Positions 38,603 to 47,260 are shown, counted from the stretch's first letter. The stretch is 64,000 bases of DNA from an uncultured Alphaproteobacteria bacterium (GCA_934203105.1 CAKPYQ010000001.1:37270-101269), one strand, 5' to 3'. Notes: generated from the sequence alone by a model not told the origin. Numbers and translations are program-made.

Positions 38603-39338
38603 TAAACAGCGCGCTTTCGATTGTCATTCCTGACTTTAACACCAAATCTGGATTTTCAAATTGAACTTTAACCCCGTAAACCAAGCGCGTCCGCTCTTGC
38701 CTTGTTTGTACATTTTTGGGTGTGAATTCGGCTTCTTCGTTGATTTTGATAATCCGTCCGGTAAAGGTCTTATCTCCGGCTTCCGGCAAAATGCCCACGA
38801 CTTTTTGCCCCACTTTTAAACGATACAGCTCGTCATGCGGCACATAAAAATACGCCCATATATCATAGGGATTGGCAATCGACAACAACGTTGTTCCCGC
38901 ACCGACAACTTCGCCTTTTTCACGGAACTTTGTAATGACAACACCATCAATCGGCGATTGCACCTGACACCAAGCAAGCTTTAAATCATTATCGCTTTTG
39001 TTGCGTTGCAACACATCGAATTCGGCCTTTGACATATGCCCTTTTTTCACCAAAGCTTCTGCACGAGCGTAATCATTATCGATTTGTTTGGCAAGCACTT
39101 TATAAACGTCACAGCTCATTTGCAAAACGACCTGCCCTTTTTTCACAAAATCCCCTTCGGATACCGGCAAATCCGTAATATCAGAAGCCACTTTTGATGA
39201 CAAAATAACTTTTGTCGTCTCCAACGTCCCCGCATAGCGGAACGGTTCAGCAAACAGCCAATATTTTGCAAGCCAAGCGCCCGTTGCGACAAGCGTTAAA
39301 GCCACCGCCCCGATAATTAAATTTTTCTTTGTAATCAT
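38595..39338 (-). CDS. HlyD-family periplasmic adaptor (membrane fusion protein, YbhG-like)
   Basis: An N-terminal TM anchor is followed by biotinyl/lipoyl-like hairpin segments (VVLQMS...SPIDGVV) and a coiled-coil. The start is chosen at MITKKN. Confidence 0.7.
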   Translation of the reverse strand: MITKKNLIIGAVALTLVATGAWLAKYWLFAEPFRYAGTLETTKVILSSKVASDITDLPVSEGDFVKKGQVVLQMSCDVYKVLAKQIDNDYARAEALVKKGHMSKAEFDVLQRNKSDNDLKLAWCQVQSPIDGVVITKFREKGEVVGAGTTLLSIANPYDIWAYFYVPHDELYRLKVGQKVVGILPEAGDKTFTGRIIKINEEAEFTPKNVQTRQERTRLVYGVKVQFENPDLVLKSGMTIESALFND

Positions 39339-39436
39339 AGTTTTTCTCCTTATCTTTTGGATATTATAAACAAGCAAAAGCAAAGAGTAAAGACTTTATC
39401 TTTAAAAAAAGCCACTTTTCATAAAAATGTAAAGCA

Positions 39437-40006
39437 CTAACGGATCAAAGCAATCCTTTTTGCAATCTGCGTGGAAAGCTGGCCCATTATCTCACTTTGC
39501 TTTAAAACCAAGTCGCTATAATCCGTCGTAATGTCTTTGGATATGACCGTTTGTGTTTGATAAATTGTATTGCCGTTTTGATCAAACAAGCTCCATCTGG
39601 CGCCAAAAGTCAAACGCTGCCCCAACACGGCGTCAAATTGATTGACGTCAACAAAGACAATGACTTTTGCATCCGTGCGTGAAAAAGTTTTCGGCACGAT
39701 CACCGATTGCGGCATTACCACCGTCAAATCGTTAATCAAAGTTCTTTGCAATAAATCGGATAACGATTCTGCCCAACGGCTCGTTTCGGAAAAGTTCAAA
39801 GAAATGTTATTTTCCTTTAAAGTCACAATCTGCGGCCGATCCAAAAAAGCGGGAATCTTAACCGGTTCAACAGCCACTTGCATTGACACTTGCGTTACGG
39901 GTTTTGCCTGCACAGTTTGCAAAGTGTAAAAATCGGCTTTCGGGCTGACACCGATGCACCCGCTCAAAAATAAAACCGCGATACCCAAAACAAATAATTT
40001 TTTCAT
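39437..40006 (-). CDS. ABC-type transport auxiliary lipoprotein (YmbA/PqiC-like, DUF330) of the MCE system
   Basis: Lipobox L-S-G-C, about 190 aa, and positioned downstream of an MCE-domain gene. Confidence 0.55.
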   Translation of the reverse strand: MKKLFVLGIAVLFLSGCIGVSPKADFYTLQTVQAKPVTQVSMQVAVEPVKIPAFLDRPQIVTLKENNISLNFSETSRWAESLSDLLQRTLINDLTVVMPQSVIVPKTFSRTDAKVIVFVDVNQFDAVLGQRLTFGARWSLFDQNGNTIYQTQTVISKDITTDYSDLVLKQSEIMGQLSTQIAKRIALIR

Positions 40007-40789
40007 TTAATATTTATCCTTTCCTTTTAATAAAGCCTCCGGATGGCGTTCCATATAATCCGCAAAATTGCGTATAGACTTTGCTGCATCGGAAATACTT
40101 TGCAATGTTTGGTTAAAGTTATTTAAAGTCATATCGGTTTGCGGTACATTTTTTTCAACCGACACCCGAACAACAGACGTAATTTTTTGCATATCCGGTA
40201 AAATCGTATCCAACCCTTTATCCAACTTATCCAACACTTCATTTAACCGAACCAACGTCGTGCGCAAAGGCAAAGTTTGAATGTCTTGCGACAACTGTTC
40301 GATCGGAGATAAAACCGTCGGAATTTCCAAAACTTCCGGATCGGGGCTTTTCAAAACGATCGGCGTTTTGGGCAACACTTCTAATTCAATCATCAACTGT
40401 CCGGTCAACAAGCTTTGATTTATCAACCGCGCGCGTAACCCTTTTTCAATAAAAGCATTCAATAACGCTTTGCGATATCTGTAATGACGTGCTACTTCAA
40501 CGATATTTTGCGACTTTGCAAAGCGAACATATACCGGAATATTAAAGGTTAAAGTTTCCGGATTTCCAAACAAATCAATGCGCGTCACCTTGCCGATTTC
40601 AACACCTTTGAAAACAACCGGAGACCCGACGCTTAATCCTTTAACGGACTCATCAAAGTACATCACGATCAAATTATCATTGTTGGGGAAAAGTTTGTCC
40701 CAAACAAAGTTCAATACAATACCAAAAAAAGCAATCAAGCCTATCAGTACAAATAATCCTACTTTCTTTTTATTTGGTTCTTTGTGCAT
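40007..40789 (-). CDS. MCE/MlaD-family substrate-binding protein (N-terminal TM anchor + MCE domain)
   Basis: A TM helix is followed by the MCE core (VMYFDESVKGLSVGSPVVFKGVEIGKVT.I). It is encoded with MlaE-like and MlaF-like genes. Confidence 0.7.
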   Translation of the reverse strand: MHKEPNKKKVGLFVLIGLIAFFGIVLNFVWDKLFPNNDNLIVMYFDESVKGLSVGSPVVFKGVEIGKVTRIDLFGNPETLTFNIPVYVRFAKSQNIVEVARHYRYRKALLNAFIEKGLRARLINQSLLTGQLMIELEVLPKTPIVLKSPDPEVLEIPTVLSPIEQLSQDIQTLPLRTTLVRLNEVLDKLDKGLDTILPDMQKITSVVRVSVEKNVPQTDMTLNNFNQTLQSISDAAKSIRNFADYMERHPEALLKGKDKY

Positions 40790-41540
40790 TTGTTTTTCCT
40801 CTTGTTAAAAATGAATAGACTTTTTCGTTGGGCGGATCTTTTAACAATTGTCTTGGATTGCCGTAAGCTTGAATACTTTTCGTTTCGCCGTCCAAGAAAA
40901 TTGAGTTTGTTCCAATGTCAAAAATAGAACTTAATTCGTGCGTGACAACAACAATTGTCGTCCCGAACGAATGGTTAATATCCAAAATTAAATCGTCCAA
41001 TAATTTAGAGCTGATCGGATCCAATCCGGCGGACGGTTCATCAAAATAAACGATTTTCGGATCCAAAGCCAATGCTCTTGCCAATCCGGCGCGTTTTTTC
41101 ATTCCGCCGCTGATTTCGGCAGGATAAAATTCTTCAAAGCCCGCTAAACCGACCAAAGCTAATTTCAATGAAACTAACTCATCTATTGTCTTTTTGCTGT
41201 ATGATGTATATTGTTGCAAAGGCAGTGCGATATTCTGCGCCAAAGTCATTGAACTGAACAAAGCGCCGCTTTGATACAAAATACCGGATTGCATTGCGAT
41301 TTTCTTTTTGGTATTTTCATCGGCATCGGTAAAGTTTTCACCATCGATAAAAACGCAACCCGATAACGGTTCCGACAATCCGGTTAATACGCGCAGCAAA
41401 CTGCTTTTACCGCAACCGCTGCCGCCCATAATGATAAAAATGTCGTGCTGTTTGATTTCAAAATTGATATCCTTTAACAACACAAAGTCGTCATAACCGA
41501 TCGATAAGTTTTTTGCCGCAATTTGAATGTTGTCTGTCAT
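40770..41540 (-). CDS. ABC transporter ATP-binding protein (MlaF-like)
   Basis: Walker A GGSGCGKSS, signature ISGGMKKRAGLARAL, Walker B IVYFDEPSAGLD. Confidence 0.85.
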   Translation of the reverse strand: MTDNIQIAAKNLSIGYDDFVLLKDINFEIKQHDIFIIMGGSGCGKSSLLRVLTGLSEPLSGCVFIDGENFTDADENTKKKIAMQSGILYQSGALFSSMTLAQNIALPLQQYTSYSKKTIDELVSLKLALVGLAGFEEFYPAEISGGMKKRAGLARALALDPKIVYFDEPSAGLDPISSKLLDDLILDINHSFGTTIVVVTHELSSIFDIGTNSIFLDGETKSIQAYGNPRQLLKDPPNEKVYSFLTRGKTNAQRTK

Positions 41541-42652
41541 ATTCCGATCACCTCAAAAATCGCCGTTATGATACCGGTCATTACAATCATCCAAACAATC
41601 GCGGATACAACCGCTTTGGTGGTTGCTTTACCGACGCTGTCCGCATTACGTCCGCAATGAATGCCGTAATAGCACCCGCACAAAGCAATCACAACCCCAA
41701 AAATAAGCCCGTGAAAAACGCCGACCAAAAAGTTGGTCAAACCAAAAGCTTCAATCGAAAAGCGCCAATATTCCTGAGCCGGTATTCCCAACAACAGAAC
41801 GCCGACGAAACCGCCGCCCAACATCCCCATAAAGTCCGCCAGTATCGTCAACAAAGGCATTGCTATGATTAACGCCATTAAACGCGGCAAGACCAAAAAA
41901 TCAATCGGCGATATGCCCATCGTTTTCAGTGCATCGATTTCTTCATTGACTTGCATTGTTCCGATTGTGGCTGCATAAGATGCTCCGGTTCGACCCGCCA
42001 TAATAATAGCCGCCATAATCGCCCCCATAATACGGATCATTGCGATTGTTACCAAGCTGGCGACATAAACTTGCGCGCCGAATGTTTTTAATTGCAACGC
42101 ACCGACAAAAGCCAATATCAGACCGACCATAAAGCTGATTAACGACACAATGCCAATCGCTTTGGGTCCGCAATCGTCCAAAGCAAAGAAAAAATCTACC
42201 GGCTGCATAATGGCTTTTTTATGCAAAAGACGGCTAAACGATTGTTTGGCCTGCCCCATAAAGGAAAGCCCCTTTTGCACCGCGCTCCAACAAATAAGAG
42301 CTTTATTTCCCAAAGCGGATAAAAATCCCAAATGCCGAACGCGTTCTTGCGGCGGTTTGCGATCCACCGAAAAAGCCAATTCCAACAGTTGCCGCAACCC
42401 GGCCGGCAAGCCCGCTTGATCAACCTTTATATTCTTTTGGTTCGCATATTTTGTTAATTCAAACAAAACCAACAATAAAGACGAATCCCACGCGCCTAAT
42501 TCTTTGCAATCAAAGGCTATTCGCTGCGGGTCTTGCTTTTTTAACGCAGCGAACAAAAGCGATTTTTCGTGCCCGTTATCATAAGCAATATAATCACCGC
42601 TGAATGATACCGTCAGAGTTTGATTTTTTGATGAATACAAAGCCTGCATCAT
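41537..42652 (-). CDS. MlaE-family ABC permease with N-terminal STAS (anti-sigma-antagonist-like) domain fusion
   Basis: The C-terminal 250 aa show the MlaE/YrbE pattern (GAIMAAIIMAGRTGASYAATIGTMQVNEEIDAL). The N-terminal 110 aa (TLTVSFSGDYIAYDN...AFDCKELGAWDSSLL) are STAS-like. Confidence 0.7.
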   Translation of the reverse strand: MMQALYSSKNQTLTVSFSGDYIAYDNGHEKSLLFAALKKQDPQRIAFDCKELGAWDSSLLLVLFELTKYANQKNIKVDQAGLPAGLRQLLELAFSVDRKPPQERVRHLGFLSALGNKALICWSAVQKGLSFMGQAKQSFSRLLHKKAIMQPVDFFFALDDCGPKAIGIVSLISFMVGLILAFVGALQLKTFGAQVYVASLVTIAMIRIMGAIMAAIIMAGRTGASYAATIGTMQVNEEIDALKTMGISPIDFLVLPRLMALIIAMPLLTILADFMGMLGGGFVGVLLLGIPAQEYWRFSIEAFGLTNFLVGVFHGLIFGVVIALCGCYYGIHCGRNADSVGKATTKAVVSAIVWMIVMTGIITAIFEVIGI

Positions 42653-42659
42653 ACACCGA

Positions 42660-43382
42660 TTATTTTAAGTAATATTCAACGGTAGACACAACACGGACGG
42701 TTTTGTTAATTTGATCACGCTCCATTTGATCGGGGACAGCTTCTCGGGCCGTAATAGAAAAAACACCTTGGTTTGCATTTTTGATTTTACCGACCTTTGA
42801 ATTCGAATTAGCCGCAAATTCGTCCGCAGCGCGCTTTGCATTTTGCGTTGCTTCTTTTAACATTTCCGGTTTGATCGCATTCAACCCCGTAAAGATGTAA
42901 GCTACGCCGTTACCATAGGAATTAAATGTAACACCTTTGGAAACCAAATTGCCGATATTGGGCGCTGTTTTTTGGACTAAATCAACATTCAACGAACGCA
43001 CGATAATATTTTCCCCCAACGTATAACGCGCCGAAATCGTGGACTTATCGCGATAAGAGTCCGCATAAGCATCTTGCGTTGTCAATCCTTGCACCATAAT
43101 TTCATCGTCCGTAAAGCCGGCGGCTTTTAAAAACTCAATGACGGTTTTGGCATGTTGTTCGATATTTTTCTTTTCCTGTATAATGTCGTTGCCGGCCGTT
43201 TGGAAACGGATATTCCACAAAGCCAAATCCGCTTTAACGTCTTTTTCCGCCAAACCCTTTACAGTCACCGTACGAAAATCCATCTTCGTTCGATAATAAT
43301 AGTATCCGGGGAAAAATCCGCCGACTGCCAATCCCAAAGCCACGCAAAGCGCCGGTATAAAATATGTTTTATTCATTGTCAA
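42660..43382 (-). CDS. SIMPL-domain (DUF541) periplasmic/outer-membrane protein
   Basis: Size and sequence (TVTVKGLAE.DVK.DLALWNIRFQTAG ... QNAKRAADEFA) match the SIMPL/26-kDa periplasmic immunogenic protein family. Confidence 0.6.
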   Translation of the reverse strand: MTMNKTYFIPALCVALGLAVGGFFPGYYYYRTKMDFRTVTVKGLAEKDVKADLALWNIRFQTAGNDIIQEKKNIEQHAKTVIEFLKAAGFTDDEIMVQGLTTQDAYADSYRDKSTISARYTLGENIIVRSLNVDLVQKTAPNIGNLVSKGVTFNSYGNGVAYIFTGLNAIKPEMLKEATQNAKRAADEFAANSNSKVGKIKNANQGVFSITAREAVPDQMERDQINKTVRVVSTVEYYLK

Positions 43383-43479
43383 TCTCCTTTATTTTCTTGA
43401 TTTAATAACAGTTTATACTATTTTCAACAAAAAAGAAAAGTTTTTTTTATTTTTTTCTTGCAATCTTTAGAAAAAGAAA

Positions 43480-43494
43480 TTAACCTATTATTAA
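43480..43494 (+). promoter_or_regulatory. CtrA-box-like motif TTAA-N7-TTAA in the ctrA upstream region (possible autoregulation)
   Basis: ttaacctattattaa matches the Caulobacter-type CtrA recognition pattern. It lies 36 bp upstream of the ctrA ATG in an AT-rich region. Confidence 0.35.
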
Positions 43495-43529
43495 TAATGA
43501 TTAATAACTTTATATGAATAGAGGGCAAA

Positions 43530-44216
43530 ATGCGGGTACTGTTAATCGAAGATGATAAGTCAATGGCTCAAAACATCAATATGATTTTGACCAAAGAAGG
43601 TATGGTTGTTGATGTTGCAAACTGTGGCGAAGACGGCGCGGAATATGGCAAGCTTTATGATTACGACATCATCATTTTGGATTTGATGTTGCCTGATGTC
43701 GATGGCTTTGAAGTTTTGAAAAAATTCCGTTTGGAAAAAATTTCAACACCGGTTTTGATTTTGTCCGGATTAACTGCTCCTGACAAAAAAGTGCAAGGAT
43801 TTATGGACGGCGCTGACGATTATTTAACCAAACCGTTTGATAAATCTGAATTAATTGCCCGTATCAAAGCGATTGTTCGCCGCTCGCAAGGACATTCCAA
43901 ATCCGTTTTAAATGTGGGAAAATTAGAAATCAACCTTGATTCGAAAACGGTTTCCGTCGGCGGAGAAGTCGTTCATTTAACCGGCAAAGAATTTGCTATT
44001 TTGGAATTATTAGCATTGCGACAAGGGACGACCTTAAATAAAGAACAATTTTTAAATCATTTATACGGCGGAATGGACGAGCCGGAATTAAAAATTATTG
44101 ACGTATTTATTTGCAAACTGCGTAAAAAATTACAAAAAGCAACCGGTGGAGAAGATTATATCGGTACGATTTGGGGACGCGGATATTTGTTGCAAGCTCC
44201 GGAAGCAAAAAAGTAA
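43530..44216 (+). CDS. ctrA: cell-cycle response regulator CtrA (OmpR-family DNA-binding response regulator)
   Basis: The protein aligns along its whole length with the Caulobacter CtrA I recall. Shared segments include [46 protein letters not shown], and especially the C-terminal [28 protein letters not shown] and TIWGRGY.L. Confidence 0.9.
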   Translation: MRVLLIEDDKSMAQNINMILTKEGMVVDVANCGEDGAEYGKLYDYDIIILDLMLPDVDGFEVLKKFRLEKISTPVLILSGLTAPDKKVQGFMDGADDYLTKPFDKSELIARIKAIVRRSQGHSKSVLNVGKLEINLDSKTVSVGGEVVHLTGKEFAILELLALRQGTTLNKEQFLNHLYGGMDEPELKIIDVFICKLRKKLQKATGGEDYIGTIWGRGYLLQAPEAKK

Positions 44217-44416
44217 AAGTTTCACAAAGAATATTTAAAATCAGCATCGTCTTAATTTTTTGAAGATGTTTATTGTTGTGAATATTTTGCCCCCCTTGTG
44301 CTGTTATTCTGAACGAAGCAAAGAAGCTGTTTAAATCACTGTCATGGCCAAATGTGCGCTGCGCCAAAATTCGCGCGCCCGCGCCGCACATTTCACCATG
44401 AGTGAATGAGGTATCC

Positions 44417-44459
44417 CAATCGTCCCCGCGGATTGATCCGCGCGGCGCGGGGACGATTG
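44417..44459. repeat. palindromic element Q1 (14-bp perfect inverted repeat caatcgtccccgcg / cgcggggacgattg, 15-nt loop)
   Basis: Read directly from the sequence. Confidence 0.8.
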
Positions 44460-44519
44460 ATTCTTGGTGTCATTCTGAGCGAAGCGAAGAATCTCTTAAT
44501 ATGTGGCCTTGGGCGCAAA

Positions 44520-44558
44520 GTGGGGGACGCGAAATTTTCGCGCCGCGCGTCCCCCCAC
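44520..44558. repeat. palindromic element Q2 (gtgggggacgcg ... cgcgtccccccac with nested cgcgaaattttcgcg palindrome)
   Basis: Read directly from the sequence. Confidence 0.8.
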
Positions 44559-44626
44559 TTGATAAGCTGTTTTTTTCCACTCGTCATTCTGAACGAAGTG
44601 AAGAATCTTTTGAAGTATGGCACCCT

Positions 44627-44671
44627 AAAATGTGCGGCGCGCAAATCTCCGCGCGTCCGCGCCGCACATTT
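44627..44671. repeat. palindromic element P2 (aaaatgtgcggcgc ... gcgccgcacatttt, 14-bp perfect arms)
   Basis: Read directly from the sequence. P1 at 44350-44393 is a diverged copy. Confidence 0.8.
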
Positions 44672-44932
44672 TGCTATATTCGATGACGCACATCAACTCA
44701 ATAAAAAATCCTCCACAACTCATTCAAAAAAACTTCTTTCCTATATGAACAAAAACGATCGTTTAAAGTCAATAGATTTTTTTGCGGCGCGACCCTCTAT
44801 AACTTATTGAAAATAAACAAAAGCCAATTTTTATATTTTGCTTGAAATACGACGAACACAAACGATCGTTTATGTAATATATGAAAGAAGCGGTTTTTTG
44901 ATTTAGTTTAACAGAGAAAAAAGGAGATAAAA

Positions 44933-47140
44933 ATGAATAAAAATCAGCTATTAAACATCAAAAAAATGATTTTTGAGTTGGGGCGTGGGGGCAGCAAAAA
45001 TCATTTTTTTGATCGGGTGAATAACGTGCGGGAAGTTGAGAGATTCTTCGCTATCGCTCAGAATGACGATTGCGAAAACGCCAGCAAGAGGGGACGCGCC
45101 GTGCGAAAATTTTCGCGTCCCCTCTTGGATTGTTTTATTCGCCGTTATTCGGGAAAAAGCGCCCAAACACAAACCGGCCGGTCAATGCTTGAAATGCTGG
45201 GTGTGCTGGCGATCATCGGCGTGCTGTCGGTCGGCGCAATCATGGGCTTTCGGTACGCCATCAACCGCCACAAAGCAAACGAAACGATTTACGACGTTAT
45301 GCTGCGCGCGACCAACGTCCCGATGGCTTGGGACAATTACGCCGAGCTGCACGACTTTAAATATCTGTTCCCCGAGCTTCGTCCAAACGATGTCAATCCG
45401 GTCGGCTTTGCGGTTGAAACTTGGGCCGAACCTGCGACCAGCAAATACGCTTACCGAGTCGAAGTCGCGGACGTTCCAAGCGCTGTGTGCCGGCAAATTA
45501 TTGCTTTAAATCCGCCGGATATCTCGCTGTACAAAGCAGGCTCCGCAATCGATCGAACGGGCATTCATGCGACACAAAACGATTGCGGATCGGACAAAAC
45601 GAACATGTACTTTTTGTTCGAAGAAGGTTGGTTTGATCCTACGCCTGGTCCTGATCCAACGCCGGGTCCGGGACCGGAGCCGGGACCAGAGCCTGGACCT
45701 GAACCGGAATGCGCGACGAACAATGATTGTGCAGCGGGCCAAGTTTGCAAAAACGGCATTTGCGAAGAGTGTACTTTGAACTGTACAGGCGCTTGCGAGC
45801 GATTGAATGCAACGACTTGTTCGTGCGAGGTTTTAGCGGGATGCACGCCGTGCGCTGATGCCTCTGATTGCCCCTCCGGCAACTATTGCGATGAAGGCGA
45901 ATGTCAGACTTGTGATAAAACTTGCGCCGGCGCGTGTGAAGAATTGGATACCGCGACGTGTTCGTGCGTTGCTAAATCAGATTGCACGCCTTGTTCCGAT
46001 AGCTCCGAATGTGGCGACGGGCAATACTGCAACGGAGACAAGTGCGATAACTGCGATCTGACTTGCGACGGGGCTTGTGAAGAATTGAACACCGCGACAT
46101 GTTCGTGCGTTGCCAAGTCAAACTGTACGCCGTGTTCCGATAGCTCCGAGTGTGATGACGGACAATACTGTAACGGCGGCAAGTGCGACGGTTGCGATCT
46201 GACTTGTTCGGGCGCTTGCGAAGAATTGAATACCGCGACGTGTTCATGTGTCGCCAAATCCAACTGTACGCCGTGCTCCGATAGCTCCGAATGTGGTGAA
46301 GGACAATACTGTAACGGAGGCAAATGCGATACTTGCGATCTGACTTGTTCGGGCGCTTGTGAAGAATTGGACGCTGCGACGTGTTCGTGCGTTGCTAAGT
46401 CAAACTGCACGCCGTGCACCAGCAACGCAGATTGCGAAACGGGCAGCTATTGCGACGGCGTCGTTTGCACGCCGTGCCCCAGCGCTCAAAGCGGGTATGT
46501 GTGTTGTTCGGTCAAGCCGATCGACGGCGACAATCCGTTCGATCATGTATGGGTCGGCGATCCTTTGGGCGAGGGTTACTGCTGCACCAGCAAAGACGAA
46601 AGCGAGGAGTGTTGCACAGCCTATAACGCGGACTACGTTTACAAAGACGGTAAGTGTCAAGAATTTAAGTGTGACGACGGTTATCAAGCGGTAACGAATT
46701 ATGCTTCCGACGGCACAAAATCCGGCAAAGCCTGTTGCGAGGTGAAGGAGGATGAAACCTCTACAAACTCATACGGATGGACAAGACAATCAACAGGATG
46801 GACAATAGCAGGAGCCATTAACGGTAGTTGTTGTTCAGGATGGAGTTTTATAGGAGAAACTGAAGGAACTGTTGATTCATATCACACTGCTACTACATAT
46901 AACAATTCTTATGATTTAAAAACAAATGGTGGAGTAATGTATTGCGCTAAGCCGTTTAATTATGAAAAGAAAGTCTGGTATCCTGGACAAACAGATCCCG
47001 TGCAAGGCCCTAAGCGCGAAGATTATTATCCGAGCGCTTCGAAATATTGCTGTAAGACCAATTCTAGTTACGATAGTAGTACTACAACTTGTACATGTTC
47101 CGATTCCGGTGATCCGAAAAATGGATCGAGATGTGATTAA
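44933..47140 (+). CDS. giant cysteine-rich secreted protein, paralog of the 18896 gene, with prepilin-like segment (QTG|RSMLEMLGVLAIIGVLS) and 4 tandem 47-aa Cys modules; true start ambiguous
   Basis: A strong RBS (aaaaaggagataaaaATG) precedes 44933, but that start gives an 84-aa leader that runs through a palindromic repeat. Alternatives are TTG at 45125 or degeneration of the 5' end. Downstream there is a Pro-rich linker (PTPGPDPTPGPGPEPGPEPGPEPE). The repeat unit is CTPCSDSSECGDGQYCNGGKCD.CDLTC.GACEELNTATCSCVAKSN, and the C-terminal region is Cys-rich. Confidence 0.55.
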   Translation: MNKNQLLNIKKMIFELGRGGSKNHFFDRVNNVREVERFFAIAQNDDCENASKRGRAVRKFSRPLLDCFIRRYSGKSAQTQTGRSMLEMLGVLAIIGVLSVGAIMGFRYAINRHKANETIYDVMLRATNVPMAWDNYAELHDFKYLFPELRPNDVNPVGFAVETWAEPATSKYAYRVEVADVPSAVCRQIIALNPPDISLYKAGSAIDRTGIHATQNDCGSDKTNMYFLFEEGWFDPTPGPDPTPGPGPEPGPEPGPEPECATNNDCAAGQVCKNGICEECTLNCTGACERLNATTCSCEVLAGCTPCADASDCPSGNYCDEGECQTCDKTCAGACEELDTATCSCVAKSDCTPCSDSSECGDGQYCNGDKCDNCDLTCDGACEELNTATCSCVAKSNCTPCSDSSECDDGQYCNGGKCDGCDLTCSGACEELNTATCSCVAKSNCTPCSDSSECGEGQYCNGGKCDTCDLTCSGACEELDAATCSCVAKSNCTPCTSNADCETGSYCDGVVCTPCPSAQSGYVCCSVKPIDGDNPFDHVWVGDPLGEGYCCTSKDESEECCTAYNADYVYKDGKCQEFKCDDGYQAVTNYASDGTKSGKACCEVKEDETSTNSYGWTRQSTGWTIAGAINGSCCSGWSFIGETEGTVDSYHTATTYNNSYDLKTNGGVMYCAKPFNYEKKVWYPGQTDPVQGPKREDYYPSASKYCCKTNSSYDSSTTTCTCSDSGDPKNGSRCD
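45087..45126. repeat. palindromic element Q3 (aagaggggacgcg ... cgcgtcccctctt, 13-bp perfect arms, same loop core gcgaaaattttcgc as Q2), located inside the 5' extension of the second pilin-like ORF
   Basis: Read directly from the sequence. It is in frame with the 44933 ORF and translates as KRGRAVRKFSRPL. Confidence 0.8.
45843..46440. repeat. about 4.3 tandem copies of a 141-bp coding repeat (47-aa Cys module), very high nucleotide identity between copies
   Basis: Protein-level repeats read from the translation. The nucleotide copies, for example ...acgtgttcgtgcgttgctaagtcaaactg..., recur at a 141-bp spacing. Confidence 0.75.
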
Positions 47141-47151
47141 ACAAAGCGAAG

Positions 47152-47188
47152 GCAGGCGCTGTTGACAGATGGCGCCTGCATCCTTTTT
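47152..47188 (+). terminator. rho-independent terminator after the second pilin-like gene
   Basis: gcaggcgc tgttgacagatg gcgcctgc is a perfect 8-bp GC stem, followed by atcctttttac. Confidence 0.6.
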
Positions 47189-47224
47189 ACAAATACATAC
47201 TTTCAAACATATTCTTTGTTTTGC

Positions 47225-47253
47225 TTGACAAAAATCAAAAATTGATATATTAT
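47225..47253 (+). promoter_or_regulatory. sigma-70-like promoter TTGACA-17-TATTAT whose -10 box overlaps the first ATG of the downstream lipoprotein ORF (suggests leaderless or short-leader mRNA starting near the second ATG)
   Basis: ttgaca at 47225-47230, a 17-nt spacer, tattat at 47248-47253. The ORF-track ATG is at 47252 and the next in-frame ATG at 47261. Confidence 0.4.
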
Positions 47254-47260
47254 GTTTGCC

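Larger units (their letters stand above)
44303..44671. repeat. cluster of GC-rich palindromic/direct repeat elements (REP/RPE/MITE-like) in an otherwise AT-rich intergenic region
   Basis: Family A is a direct repeat gtYattctgaRcgaagYRaagaaSct at 44303-44328, 44469-44495 and 44584-44610. Family P has 14-bp inverted arms aaatgtgcggcgcg/cgcgccgcacattt at 44350-44393 and 44627-44671. Family Q has arms (g)gggacgcg/cgcgtcccc at 44417-44459 and 44520-44558. Confidence 0.8.

Noticed and set aside
44393-44810. ORFs 44393..44644 (-), 44402..44686 (+) and 44406..44810 (+)
   Set aside because: They read through the palindromic element cluster (translations full of RPR/RGAG runs). There is no RBS or coherent protein, so they are spurious.
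45182-46694. Multiple minus- and plus-strand ORFs (e.g. 45904..46425 at 173 aa, 45565..45882, 46359..46694) inside the Cys-rich pilin-like gene
   Set aside because: These are alternative-frame or antisense products of the GC-richer, repeat-containing coding region. The sense frame shows the coherent Cys-module periodicity.
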